From NCBI GenBank assembly GCA_964370875.1, contig CAYJLM010000001.1, forward strand, positions 1 to 46,303: a stretch of DNA of 46,303 bases, written 5' to 3'. The number at the start of each line of letters is the position of its first letter. The stretch's first letter is position 1. The position numbers and the translations under genes were made by a program. Below the pieces are notes generated by a model. That model was not told the DNA's origin and ran no database searches. It saw only the letters and a list, made by a program, of their open reading frames with translations. The stretch comes from an uncultured Gammaproteobacteria bacterium. GTDB taxonomy: Bacteria > Patescibacteriota > Patescibacteriia > JACQRZ01. This document shows, in pieces, positions 9,186 to 17,506 of this stretch.

Positions 9186-9862
9186 GGTTGGAATAGGCCG
9201 GGCTGATGTAAGTCGTTCATCCAAACGGCTTCGGTGGTTTTATTCTTTGAACCATGCAATGTTCCAATTGGATAAAATGGCAACCAGTCGGCTTTAGTGT
9301 TTTCGCAGACGATTACTTGCCCGTCGCGGGATTGACACCATTCAGACAAATTCGGGAAGTCCAAGAGCTTATTACTTTGTTTATAATGTTCCCCGCCAAA
9401 CTGATAAGGTGGGTCGATGAACCAAGTAGCCTCTTTATTCTCTATATTGCGATAATCTCCTAATTCAATCCGCCAATTCTTTATCTTGAAGATTTGAGAC
9501 GCTATGCGCTTTAAATCTTTTTCAACGTCAACACCGTCAAATGATGCAACCTTTTGGCGTGGGCTTTCAACGCCGCCAGTTACCAGAAACCCCATAAACA
9601 TTCTTTCAACATCAGACAACGATTCTGGAATCCGCTCACCTGTTTTTAGTTTAGGAAGCCCTAAAATATCTTTCGGCGCGGCCTGCTGTAGATAGTGCCA
9701 TACCTTGATGATCACATCGTACTTGTCTACCAGCAGAACATCATGCTCCCAATATTTAAGCGCGTATCTGGCCGTCCCCGCGAACGGCTCAATAATCTTC
9801 TTGTGCTTCGGCGCGGGATACAAGTCAATCACCTTGCTTTTACTGCCATAGTAAGACCACAT
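9182..9862 (-). CDS. dam: DNA adenine methyltransferase (D12/Dam class)
   Basis: Motifs YYGSK, EPFAGTARYA (FxGxG) and FIDPPY. The gene looks visibly AT-richer than its neighbours (by eye). Confidence 0.85.
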   Translation of the reverse strand: MWSYYGSKSKVIDLYPAPKHKKIIEPFAGTARYALKYWEHDVLLVDKYDVIIKVWHYLQQAAPKDILGLPKLKTGERIPESLSDVERMFMGFLVTGGVESPRQKVASFDGVDVEKDLKRIASQIFKIKNWRIELGDYRNIENKEATWFIDPPYQFGGEHYKQSNKLLDFPNLSEWCQSRDGQVIVCENTKADWLPFYPIGTLHGSKNKTTEAVWMNDLHQPGLFQP

Positions 9863-9864
9863 GA

Positions 9865-10362
9865 TTACGGCTTCCTCCGAATAAAGAAATCAGTCCTATC
9901 CTCCAGCGGGTAGCAGACCGCCCCGCCGTTGAAACATATTTCATAGTCATACTCATTCGATACGATTGGGGTGGGTGTCTGACTAGCCATCACCGTCGCG
10001 CTCGGCACTAGCGTGCGGGTTGGCGACGGGGACGGGGTAGGCGAGGGCGTACCGGACGGGCAGACGATAATCCAGTAACTTCCTATGGCCCACATACCCG
10101 GCCCGATGTTCCACCACGTCCGGCCCTGGCTATCTTTTGCCGTTGCCAGCACCGTGAATGTCTCAGTATCATTGGCGGCATCGCGGGCATAGGCGGCATT
10201 GCCGTCTGGAAGCGTGCGAATATTTACGCGGTAACCGGGTGGGAGAGAGATTGAGCCACCGATTGGGCATTGCGATTGCGCGTGTACGGGAGTGCCGATA
10301 ACCGTCACAGCCAATACGGACGCGATAAGCAGCGGGGCAAGCAGGAGGGCGCGGGGTGTCAT
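9865..10362 (-). CDS. Secreted protein with SH3-like domain and Pro/Thr/Ser linker
   Basis: Signal peptide MTPRALLLAPLLIASVLAVTVIGTPVHAQ. SH3b-like YRVNIRTLPDGNA..GRTWWNIGPGMW. Linker GTPSPTPSPSPTRT. Confidence 0.65.
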   Translation of the reverse strand: MTPRALLLAPLLIASVLAVTVIGTPVHAQSQCPIGGSISLPPGYRVNIRTLPDGNAAYARDAANDTETFTVLATAKDSQGRTWWNIGPGMWAIGSYWIIVCPSGTPSPTPSPSPTRTLVPSATVMASQTPTPIVSNEYDYEICFNGGAVCYPLEDRTDFFIRRKP

Positions 10363-10652
10363 TTCGTCACCGCCTTGAGTACCGCGCGCTTGCTTCTGAT
10401 AATCTCAACCGTCATATCAGTCTCACACTCAATCGCACCGGCGGCAATCGCTTTCTTCTTCGCGCTCAAAGAAACATCATAATGTTCCTCTGGCGTTCCC
10501 GCCTTTTGTATCCACTTCCTTTGCACGCCGATTTCATCTGCCATCTCATCTAGTTCTTTGCGGGCGGCTCTGGCGTCCAGTAAGTCACTCGTCATATGAT
10601 TCATAATCATGCGGCCATAAGGCCAGTCCATGTTGTCAATATAAATTGTCAC
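10359..10652 (-). CDS. DUF4031-like protein
   Basis: VTIYIDNMDWPYGRMIMNHMTSD...EEHYDVSLSAKKKAIAAGA matches my memory of DUF4031. The GTG at 10652 (GTGA overlap, SD AAGGCGGTG) is preferred to the upstream ATG at 10694, which lies inside the neighbouring gene. Confidence 0.55.
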   Translation of the reverse strand: MTIYIDNMDWPYGRMIMNHMTSDLLDARAARKELDEMADEIGVQRKWIQKAGTPEEHYDVSLSAKKKAIAAGAIECETDMTVEIIRSKRAVLKAVTK

Positions 10653-11146
10653 GGCTTCACCGCCTTGAGTGCTTTGGCTTGCAAGTGTAGGCAATCGGCA
10701 GAGTGCGGAACCTCAAACGATTCGCTGCTTGACTTGCATAACTGGCATTGATAATAATTAACCCACGAGTTAGAACTCGTATCAATGACGACATTCGATT
10801 CTTCTGCCGCCCACTCAATCAACGCCTCCCCTACCCGCTGGCGCTCGGCGGATGGGGCGGCATCCTCAATACAATCAAGATATGTCTTGATGGCCTTATC
10901 AATATCGGGTTGGCACAACGCAGATGGATAATCTTTGTTGCACACTTCGCACCAACAAAAACCGTTATATTCGCTCCAGTGTAGGCGCTCATCGAAATTC
11001 CCGTCAACAATGTTTTCGTATTTACAAACCGGGCAGTGATAGCCAAGTTCACACGGCCAATCCAAAACAATCACATTGGGCGGGGCATGACGTAAGCCAA
11101 CCAACTTTTCAGCCCGTTCATTTTTAGATGTTTGCTCGTCTGTCAC
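10649..11146 (-). CDS. Cys-rich (zinc-ribbon-like) protein
   Basis: CELGYHCPVCKYE...FCWCEVCNKDY...CQLCKSS. Start set at GTG 11146 behind the SD GGAGGTGG; the track's start at 11215 would run through a separate small ORF. Confidence 0.5.
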   Translation of the reverse strand: MTDEQTSKNERAEKLVGLRHAPPNVIVLDWPCELGYHCPVCKYENIVDGNFDERLHWSEYNGFCWCEVCNKDYPSALCQPDIDKAIKTYLDCIEDAAPSAERQRVGEALIEWAAEESNVVIDTSSNSWVNYYQCQLCKSSSESFEVPHSADCLHLQAKALKAVKP

Positions 11147-11283
11147 TTCACCACCTCCGCCGTCAGCACAATCGCCCGCATCTCCCGCCCATCTGCCACC
11201 ACCCCCGGTACGCACAGCAGCCCGGACGCGGAGAGGAGGAGCAGGCCGCAGAGAACGAGGGCGAGGATGAGACGGGGTGTCAT
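11143..11283 (-). CDS. Possible 46-aa signal-peptide/membrane miniprotein
   Basis: MTPRLILALVLCGLLLLSASGLLCVPGVVADGREMRAIVLTAEVVK, with ATGA overlap upstream and GTGA overlap downstream. Confidence 0.35.
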   Translation of the reverse strand: MTPRLILALVLCGLLLLSASGLLCVPGVVADGREMRAIVLTAEVVK

Positions 11284-11951
11284 CGCTTCCCTGCCCGGAA
11301 ATCGGAAAACTTCAACTTCCACATCAACCGATGTCCATTGCGGGTAAGTAAGAGCGGATTAGTTCGGGCCACAACCCCTTCAGCCTGCAAGCCCGCACCG
11401 CCATCTTCTTTAGCGCAAATGCTTTCGCTGATAAGCAATGCCAATTCATCCTCGCGGGTTGGAATATGCGCGATCTCGCCCAATACCGGGACGGTGGTAA
11501 CACCCAACTTAATTGCCACGTCCAGAATATCGCTTTGATTTAGCCACCACTCGCCCACCTTGACATCGAACAGGCGAAACGATACGCCCTTGCGGTAGTT
11601 GCCGCCGCCCTTCTGAATCTTCTCGCCATAGCCCTCACCGAACAAAACGATACTAGCAAGCGAGTTATCCATTTCGGGAAACGCCAATCTCATCTTATCA
11701 GCCGTGAACGTCTCTTGTAAATGCGACATCAAGAATGTTGGCATTTGAGCGTTATCGGTGCGCCCGCCAAACTGTATCTTCCAGTCTACAATTGGCGTAC
11801 AGCCCACCCGGATATTCGTGCCGTCAATCTTTTCGGTCACAAGCCAACGCTTGATATTCTCAAATTCCGGCAGACGAAACTCTTCGGGGATAACCGTAAA
11901 CGTTTCCTTGTTGCGATTGTAAACAGTTTCAATCTTTGGATATTCAATCAT
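11280..11951 (-). CDS. ATP-dependent RNA-ligase-family nucleotidyltransferase
   Basis: Motif I TEKIDGTNIRV (KxDG), FGEGYGEKIQ, AEGVVAR and WKLKFSDF, giving a ligase motif I/III/IV/V layout. Size and order resemble the Pfam RNA_ligase (PF09414) family. Confidence 0.7.
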   Translation of the reverse strand: MIEYPKIETVYNRNKETFTVIPEEFRLPEFENIKRWLVTEKIDGTNIRVGCTPIVDWKIQFGGRTDNAQMPTFLMSHLQETFTADKMRLAFPEMDNSLASIVLFGEGYGEKIQKGGGNYRKGVSFRLFDVKVGEWWLNQSDILDVAIKLGVTTVPVLGEIAHIPTREDELALLISESICAKEDGGAGLQAEGVVARTNPLLLTRNGHRLMWKLKFSDFRAGKR

Positions 11952-12011
11952 CTCTCACCTCACTTACCGCTATGCGTCACTGCCACCAGCGAACACAGCC
12001 CTAGCATTTCG

Positions 12012-12452
12012 CTAAACGGTAGGCCCGCCATATCGTTTCGGGTCAGTCTGATGTATTTCAAACAGGGTATCTTCCACAATCCTGACGCAGGCAACCGGAT
12101 CACTATCAAGCATCTGCGGCGAGAAATGAAACACGCGCCACCCTAGTGCGGCGGCAATATTCATCTTCTCCCTATCCTTGTCGCCCGAATGTCTGCCGCC
12201 CCGGTAAGCGAACTGCCCGCCGTCAACCTCTACCGCAATCTTGTATCGCAGGAACGCCCAATCAAATTGGAACTTTCGCTTCCATGCCTTCGCAAACTGA
12301 TGCTCGGTAACGGGCATAATCTGTTTTGCCGCGCCGTTCCGATGGTGACGAAGCCAGTACATCATAAATCTTTCCTTCTTATCTTCTGACTTCTTGGCAG
12401 GGGCGGTGAGTTTCAAGTTTCCTTTTGCGTCGTAGCTGGCGTGGATGGGCAT
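12012..12452 (-). CDS. DUF559 / Vsr-like endonuclease-fold protein
   Basis: C-terminal AVEVDGGQFAYRGGRHSGDKDREKMNIAAALGWRVFHFSPQML resembles the DUF559/Vsr restriction-endonuclease-like fold. Confidence 0.6.
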   Translation of the reverse strand: MPIHASYDAKGNLKLTAPAKKSEDKKERFMMYWLRHHRNGAAKQIMPVTEHQFAKAWKRKFQFDWAFLRYKIAVEVDGGQFAYRGGRHSGDKDREKMNIAAALGWRVFHFSPQMLDSDPVACVRIVEDTLFEIHQTDPKRYGGPTV

Positions 12453-12457
12453 GGTGG

Positions 12458-12631
12458 TTATTTCACGAACGCATTGTCACGCCACCACATATTCAAAGCG
12501 AATCGAATGGCGGCGGAGCGCTTCTTTTGCATTTCCGGGTGTAGCGTAAGAATGTTGTCTATGATATTCCTGTCATCCGGGTTTTCCCTGAACGATGTCG
12601 GTGCGGGGCGTTTGGTGGTTTTCTTTTTCAT
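12458..12631 (-). CDS. Possible 57-aa basic protein
   Basis: MKKKTTKRPAPTSFRENPDDRNIIDNILTLHPEMQKKRSAAIRFALNMWWRDNAFVK. It fills the gap between 12452 and 12663 and is below the track cutoff. Confidence 0.35.
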   Translation of the reverse strand: MKKKTTKRPAPTSFRENPDDRNIIDNILTLHPEMQKKRSAAIRFALNMWWRDNAFVK

Positions 12632-12662
12632 GGCAAGATTGTACTACCGTGTCATACCAATG

Positions 12663-13280
12663 TCAAGCGTTACCGCCCTCCCCCGCTGGCTTTGCCTCGC
12701 CTGCCTGCGGTTGGGCCAGCTTACCAAGTTCATCCTTTGCCTGCTCCCATTCCTGCCAGCCCGTCTTACAGTGTTCGATAATCGCCTTAAGCGCATTGTC
12801 GTTGTCATACGGCCAGTCACAAGCAATGCCGTCGCTGTCCAGGTAGGCCCGCATCGTCTCGGACAGGCTACTCAACTCCGCCCGCAGTTCGCCCGCCTCG
12901 CGCCCGGCGGCTAGTGCCTGTTTGTGGATTGGCGCATCAGGAAATATCAGCGCACCCGATTCAATCTGTGCCTGAACTTCGGGCGAAATCTTTGCGCCGA
13001 TGTAGCAGGCATACAAAACGGTGTTGATGTAGGTGGCGAGGTTGTACGGGTAATCGTCGGGCATATGGGCGGCGTATTTTATTGACTCCATTTCAGCGCG
13101 GGCAGCATTTCCGCTGTCCAACTCCTCGGCGCTGTTTGCCAGTTGCGCCTCTAGCTCACGGACGCGGGCGGCAAGTTGGTCGCGCTCGGCTTGCAATTCG
13201 GGGTAGGACTGATACGCTGGGGGCGTCGTCTCGCCCCAGGCTGGCTTGTTATGGTCATAGTGGATTGGTTCGTTATTCAT
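12663..13280 (-). CDS. Hypothetical protein with coiled-coil segment
   Basis: 205-aa ORF in the operon; ELQAERDQLAARVRELEAQLANSAEEL. Confidence 0.55.
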   Translation of the reverse strand: MNNEPIHYDHNKPAWGETTPPAYQSYPELQAERDQLAARVRELEAQLANSAEELDSGNAARAEMESIKYAAHMPDDYPYNLATYINTVLYACYIGAKISPEVQAQIESGALIFPDAPIHKQALAAGREAGELRAELSSLSETMRAYLDSDGIACDWPYDNDNALKAIIEHCKTGWQEWEQAKDELGKLAQPQAGEAKPAGEGGNA

Positions 13281-13593
13281 CCTTCACCTCGTTTCCGAAA
13301 ATAACAGGCGTGTCGGCAGGCGGCTCGACTGGTTGCCATATCTCGCCAATGCCGACCCGCTTATTGTTACGCACGATAACCGCTAATCGTTCGCCTCTGC
13401 GGATAGTCCTAGCGCGTTTAGGCTGCATCGCAAGAAGCTTTCGCTGGCAAGCCTGGTGAATGTAACGCTTGGCCGAGTCCGGCGACGGGAAACCGCAATA
13501 GTCCTGGATTTCCCGAAACGAGGTTAGCCCATCCGCAACGGCTAAACACACGCCAATCAATCGCGCTTTGGGGTTGTAACGATTCGTTTTCAT
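13273..13593 (-). CDS. Winged-helix DNA-binding protein (LexA-N-terminal-like, no peptidase domain)
   Basis: GVCLAVADGLTSFREIQDYCGFPSPDSAKRYIHQACQRKLL resembles the LexA/MarR-type wHTH. Confidence 0.5.
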   Translation of the reverse strand: MKTNRYNPKARLIGVCLAVADGLTSFREIQDYCGFPSPDSAKRYIHQACQRKLLAMQPKRARTIRRGERLAVIVRNNKRVGIGEIWQPVEPPADTPVIFGNEVKDE

Positions 13594-13597
13594 CTCC

Positions 13598-14083
13598 CTA
13601 TCCTTTCGCGCTTCCCACGCCTGCCTTCACAAAGCACAGCCAGTGCGTATCGGCGGCCTTTCCCATCTTCTTGTGTCCAAATAACGGTTTTTGAGTCGTT
13701 AGGGCTAAAATCTCACTCACCTTGACTTGCGTTTCATTCCACTTGAATATCAACGTACCGCGATTCTCTAGCACCCGAAAGCATTCCGAAAACCCCATTC
13801 GCAATTCGCCGCGCCAGTCACCTTGTAATCTTCCGTATTTCTTGGCCATCCAACTCTTTATACCCAGGTTTATAAGGTGGGGCGGGTCAAATACTACCAT
13901 CTCAAACTGCCCAGCCACAAACGGTAAGGCTCTAAAATCCATTTGCGCGTCGGGCCTGATAACCAGAGAGCGCCCATCGCAAAGCGTGTGACTGGCTTTC
14001 CGAATATCGCCAAATACAACATCTTTGTTGTCTTTGTCCATCCAGAACATCTTGCTACCACATGCCGGGTCTAATATCATCAT
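13598..14083 (-). CDS. Small SAM-dependent methyltransferase (putative DNA N6A/N4C type)
   Basis: Motif I ILDPACGSKMF and motif IV VVFDPPHL. 161 aa. Confidence 0.6.
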   Translation of the reverse strand: MMILDPACGSKMFWMDKDNKDVVFGDIRKASHTLCDGRSLVIRPDAQMDFRALPFVAGQFEMVVFDPPHLINLGIKSWMAKKYGRLQGDWRGELRMGFSECFRVLENRGTLIFKWNETQVKVSEILALTTQKPLFGHKKMGKAADTHWLCFVKAGVGSAKG

Positions 14084-14092
14084 CTCACTTCG

Positions 14093-14575
14093 CTATAAGT
14101 CCAGCCACTTCGTGTATTTACTACCTTCATCCTTGATTGTCGGCTCTTGCAGGTACTTGTTGCCGTCGTCTTTCGCCTGTTCGCTCTTCATCCGGCTTAC
14201 CTCGTCTATCAGACATTGGGCGGCGCCTCTCGGCTTGCCGTGCTTGTGATACCAGTCGGTTGTTTTGCCGTCCAGCTTTGCGGCGGCGTGCTGGGCTTCC
14301 AATAGCGTAACGTTGTTCAGAAGGAAGCGGCTCGACTTCTTTAGGCTTTCTACGGTTGCGGGAGCGCTTGTGCTTCTATCCATCATACACAGGCCGGATA
14401 ACAATTCAATTGCGGCCTCCTGTTCAGGCTTCCCCCAACTGCCCTGAAAGGGAATGAAGTCTTGTTTGGTGAGATTGGCAAAGGCTTGCCGGGCCTGCTC
14501 TGGGGTGGACTTGCGCTCGATACCCCAGCGAGAAAGTTCATTATCGGCATTCGGGAACGGGGCGGCGGTTGTCAT
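14093..14575 (-). CDS. Hypothetical protein
   Basis: Start at ATG 14575 (MTTAAPFPN), with ATGA overlap to the upstream gene. Confidence 0.5.
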   Translation of the reverse strand: MTTAAPFPNADNELSRWGIERKSTPEQARQAFANLTKQDFIPFQGSWGKPEQEAAIELLSGLCMMDRSTSAPATVESLKKSSRFLLNNVTLLEAQHAAAKLDGKTTDWYHKHGKPRGAAQCLIDEVSRMKSEQAKDDGNKYLQEPTIKDEGSKYTKWLDL

Positions 14576-14874
14576 TGTTGCACCGATTCGGTACGCGGGT
14601 CTCGCGACCAAGCGGAAATAATTCCCTTATGCTCTCCAAAACAGATTGACCAAATATGACCATTCTCACATTCAAAATTCAATTGCCAGCAGTCGCCCCG
14701 CCCCTGCCAGGCTTCGTAGTTGTCGTTCCCGGATATAACCTCAAGGTTCTGGAGATGGTTATATTCAAAATTGCAAATTGGGCAGTGGACGGTAGTCGTC
14801 ATCTGTAAATGCGGAACGTCTTGCAGGGGTTCTCGTTTGAAAATCTTATTAGGGGATAGTGGATAATCCGTCAT
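14572..14874 (-). CDS. Hypothetical protein with CxxC pair
   Basis: 100-aa ORF; VHCPICNFEYNH. Confidence 0.5.
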   Translation of the reverse strand: MTDYPLSPNKIFKREPLQDVPHLQMTTTVHCPICNFEYNHLQNLEVISGNDNYEAWQGRGDCWQLNFECENGHIWSICFGEHKGIISAWSRDPRTESVQQ

Positions 14875-14905
14875 CTTTCATTCCTCCGCCTGCCCTGGGG
14901 CTAGG

Positions 14906-15097
14906 CTACTGTTTCACCTTATCAATCCATTTTCGTATTTGGTAGTTGAAAAATCGTTGAGCGGCATCGAAGGCCAATTGCTCCTCCTTGTTTAGGATAA
15001 CACTGCTCCCGCCGTCGTATCCGTGTTTTGGGTCACGGTCAATCGCGGCGGTCAACTTCTCAAAATCATCGTCAGATAAAATATAGGCTTTCATCAT
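14906..15097 (-). CDS. Hypothetical protein
   Basis: 63-aa ORF, co-oriented within the operon. Confidence 0.45.
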   Translation of the reverse strand: MMKAYILSDDDFEKLTAAIDRDPKHGYDGGSSVILNKEEQLAFDAAQRFFNYQIRKWIDKVKQ

Positions 15098-15160
15098 TCT
15101 CGCTCCTGTGCCTGTCGCCTTCCCTCACTGCGGGGGGTTATTCGGCCATGGGCGGTTGGG

Positions 15161-15361
15161 CTATTCGGTCTTGTCTAACAGCCCATTGACCTCTTGAATC
15201 TCCATGTTTATTTCAAACACCCATTGACTTGCTTTGCGGTGTGCCTCCCTAAATTTAGTCTCATCTTTTATCTGGTGAGCCAGAAACATTTGCTCAATCA
15301 TATTTCCAACTGCGTCCATTTTCTCCATCATGCCTTGAGGGTTATCGGTATTGATACTCAT
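15161..15361 (-). CDS. Hypothetical protein
   Basis: Start at ATG 15361 (MSINTDNPQG), with ATGA overlap to the upstream gene. Confidence 0.45.
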   Translation of the reverse strand: MSINTDNPQGMMEKMDAVGNMIEQMFLAHQIKDETKFREAHRKASQWVFEINMEIQEVNGLLDKTE

Positions 15362-15753
15362 GGCTCGTACCTCGTGTTGCAATTCGGGCAGTGATAAAGA
15401 GAGGTCAGATGATGGTTGCACTTTTGACAGTGGAGCTTGTGACCTGTAATTGATTCATCCAACTCCGTTTCGTCCTTTCCATTGCAAACAATAAACGCAA
15501 CCGGTAGGCTTTTATGGCCTATGCTCGGACTACCGTGGCCCTTTGTCACTTTATCCCATCCGCTCCAGCCCGGAGTTTCATTGTCGAGATAAAATACCTG
15601 CTCTCCATATTCAACTCGAACAGCCTCGCGCTGCTGGCCCTCCAGTCCCGCACACCACCAGGTAGGACGTAATGATTTGCCCACGACAACTTTTACAATA
15701 TAAGCATGACACGGTTCGCCGTTCCAGTAAGTCTTTTCTGTTTTTAGTTTCAT
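15358..15753 (-). CDS. Hypothetical protein with C-terminal zinc ribbon
   Basis: 131-aa ORF; HCQKCNHHLTSLYHCPNCNTRY. Confidence 0.5.
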   Translation of the reverse strand: MKLKTEKTYWNGEPCHAYIVKVVVGKSLRPTWWCAGLEGQQREAVRVEYGEQVFYLDNETPGWSGWDKVTKGHGSPSIGHKSLPVAFIVCNGKDETELDESITGHKLHCQKCNHHLTSLYHCPNCNTRYEP

Positions 15754-15812
15754 CGTCTACCTGCTTTCATAACGTCCTGTCGCCTGTTCCCTTCACCTTA
15801 CTGCTTGGAGGG

Positions 15813-16448
15813 TTATCGTCCCCGCCGTTGGTCTGGGACTGCCGACATATTGATAAACCCCTGTTCGCCGGTCATCCCGCGCAATCGACTCCAGTTCTTT
15901 CCGCCCAGCCTGTCCAACATATCGGCGGGCGTCATATTGCTTGTCATCAGGAGCGGTTGCTTTGCGTCGTAGGCGTAGTTCAGCAGCTTGTAAAACTGTT
16001 CCTGTAGCCAACTCAATTCCTTAGCGTATTCGGTGCCAAAGTCGTCAACAATGAGCCAGCGCGCGCGCTTATACTGCCGAAACAGATAGAGCGTATCCCC
16101 GGCCTCGTAACTGCCCTTCACGCCCGCCAGAAAGGCCTCGGAGGTTTGAAACATACCCGTCCTATCGGGTAGCCCGTTGTCGTCTTTCAGCGTGGCATAC
16201 AGCGCATTTGCAGCGCATTTGGCGAGGAGCGTCTTGCCGTTCCCGTAGCCATTCCCAGCGGGCTTCCCGTCGGCGCTCTTGTGGCCGTTGATATTAGCCC
16301 ACAGAACTAGCCCGTACCCATTCCCCCCAATCGCGGCCCTTGTCCAGGCTTTCACGGCCTCCAGTGCTTCGGCGGCTTTCGGGTGGATGGCCGGATTGAA
16401 CGGCGCAAAGGGTGACAGGTGGTTAGTGGGAGAGGCGTTCGGCATCAT
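15813..16448 (-). CDS. DnaC/IstB-like AAA+ helicase loader
   Basis: Walker A GNGYGNGKTLLA, Walker B WLIVDDFG, and LLMTSNMTP. The start is uncertain: the track ORF extends to 16577 and overlaps the upstream gene by 155 nt, while Met at 16448/16445 gives a ~25-nt overlap. Confidence 0.7.
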   Translation of the reverse strand: MMPNASPTNHLSPFAPFNPAIHPKAAEALEAVKAWTRAAIGGNGYGLVLWANINGHKSADGKPAGNGYGNGKTLLAKCAANALYATLKDDNGLPDRTGMFQTSEAFLAGVKGSYEAGDTLYLFRQYKRARWLIVDDFGTEYAKELSWLQEQFYKLLNYAYDAKQPLLMTSNMTPADMLDRLGGKNWSRLRGMTGEQGFINMSAVPDQRRGR

Positions 16449-17343
16449 CGCGGGCGTCGCCTCCAATCTCGTTACCTCGGACAACTTTGTACCCGCTATG
16501 ATTTTGCTGATAGGTTGCATTGGGTTGTGAGTATCCTTTGTTAATTTCACCATAAGCGGCGATTGAATTTTTCTCAATACTCTGGGGGGCCGAAATCGTC
16601 AGGCCGTCATTTCGCATTTTAGAAACAGCCCTTTTTATACACTCGGCGCTCTGTCCGTTGCAAACTGTCTGAATTTTTCGGATAGGTTGAAACCATCGTA
16701 CCGGGGCCGATCTGTCTTTGGGGCTAGGTTCTGGTATTCCAGTCAGTTCACTAAAAAGGGATTGTAATTCAGAGAGTTCTAGTTCCAACGGCGTTCTCTC
16801 GCGTTTGCGCGAAATAGTGGTTTCTTCTTCTTTGGTTCTGCTTATTGGTTCTACTTCAGGTTCACTTTTCGCTACTGGTGTAGTTCGCTTTTCGCTACTG
16901 GTACTGGTATTGTTTTCGCTACTGGTTGGCTTTGGGGTATTCTCGCCATAGGCCGCGTGAGCCGGGGTGTATTTATTGCTTTTACCCCTATCCTTGAATA
17001 CCCCCATGATTCCCATCTCTTTTATTTCTTTGACTGCTTTGATAACTGATGCCCGCTCGTATCCTGTTTCGGCGCATAGGGTTGTAATGCTGGGCCAGGC
17101 TTTACCGGATTCGTTGACGTGGAGGCAAATCGCAATATACACCGCCAGCTTAGCGCCCTTTAGATCGGCTAATATGTTTCTGAATTGAAGAGCTAATTTT
17201 ATCCACCCTAGAGTTGTTACTGTTCTAAACCCCCTGTCTGTCTTGATTATTTGTTGGGCTGGCGGCTCAAACTGGATTATCGGAAAGCCCGCCATGATTA
17301 GAGCGTCGTTCGTCTCTTCGGTTCTATCTTCATTGATTGCCAT
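16423..17343 (-). CDS. Replication initiator / replisome organiser (N-terminal wHTH)
   Basis: GKAWPSITTLCAETGYERASVIKAVKEIKEMGIM HTH. It lies upstream of the DnaC-like loader. Its low-complexity linker is encoded by direct DNA repeats (iterons), as in lambda O. Confidence 0.6.
   Translation of the reverse strand: MAINEDRTEETNDALIMAGFPIIQFEPPAQQIIKTDRGFRTVTTLGWIKLALQFRNILADLKGAKLAVYIAICLHVNESGKAWPSITTLCAETGYERASVIKAVKEIKEMGIMGVFKDRGKSNKYTPAHAAYGENTPKPTSSENNTSTSSEKRTTPVAKSEPEVEPISRTKEEETTISRKRERTPLELELSELQSLFSELTGIPEPSPKDRSAPVRWFQPIRKIQTVCNGQSAECIKRAVSKMRNDGLTISAPQSIEKNSIAAYGEINKGYSQPNATYQQNHSGYKVVRGNEIGGDARDDAERLSH
16865..16926. repeat. Three direct repeats (C/G)TTTTCGCTACTGGT at 23-24 bp spacing; candidate origin iterons
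   Basis: Copies lie at 16865-16879, 16888-16902 and 16912-16926, inside the linker of the replication-initiator gene. An AT-rich stretch follows at ~16960-17060. Confidence 0.6.
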
Positions 17344-17352
17344 TGTGTCCTC

Positions 17353-17453
17353 GAAATAAAAAGCGCCTCTGTTCCACGTCGCTACCGTTGTCGTCGGAAG
17401 TTGGCCGAGGATGACGGCCTACAAACAACGACAGCGGCGGGGAACAAAAGCGC
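17353..17453 (-). terminator. Long imperfect hairpin plus T-tract in the leader of the replication gene (attenuator/terminator candidate)
   Basis: On the - strand, GCGCTTTTGTTCC (17453-17441) pairs with GGAACAGAGGCGC (17375-17363). There is an inner GGCCG/CGGCC stem at 17403-17419. TTTTTATTT (17362-17354) follows, 10 nt before ATG 17343. Confidence 0.5.
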
Positions 17454-17506
17454 CCATCCTTTTCTATTTGGCCTTCCGAGCCAGCCCGTATCTCGCGGGC
17501 GACTAC

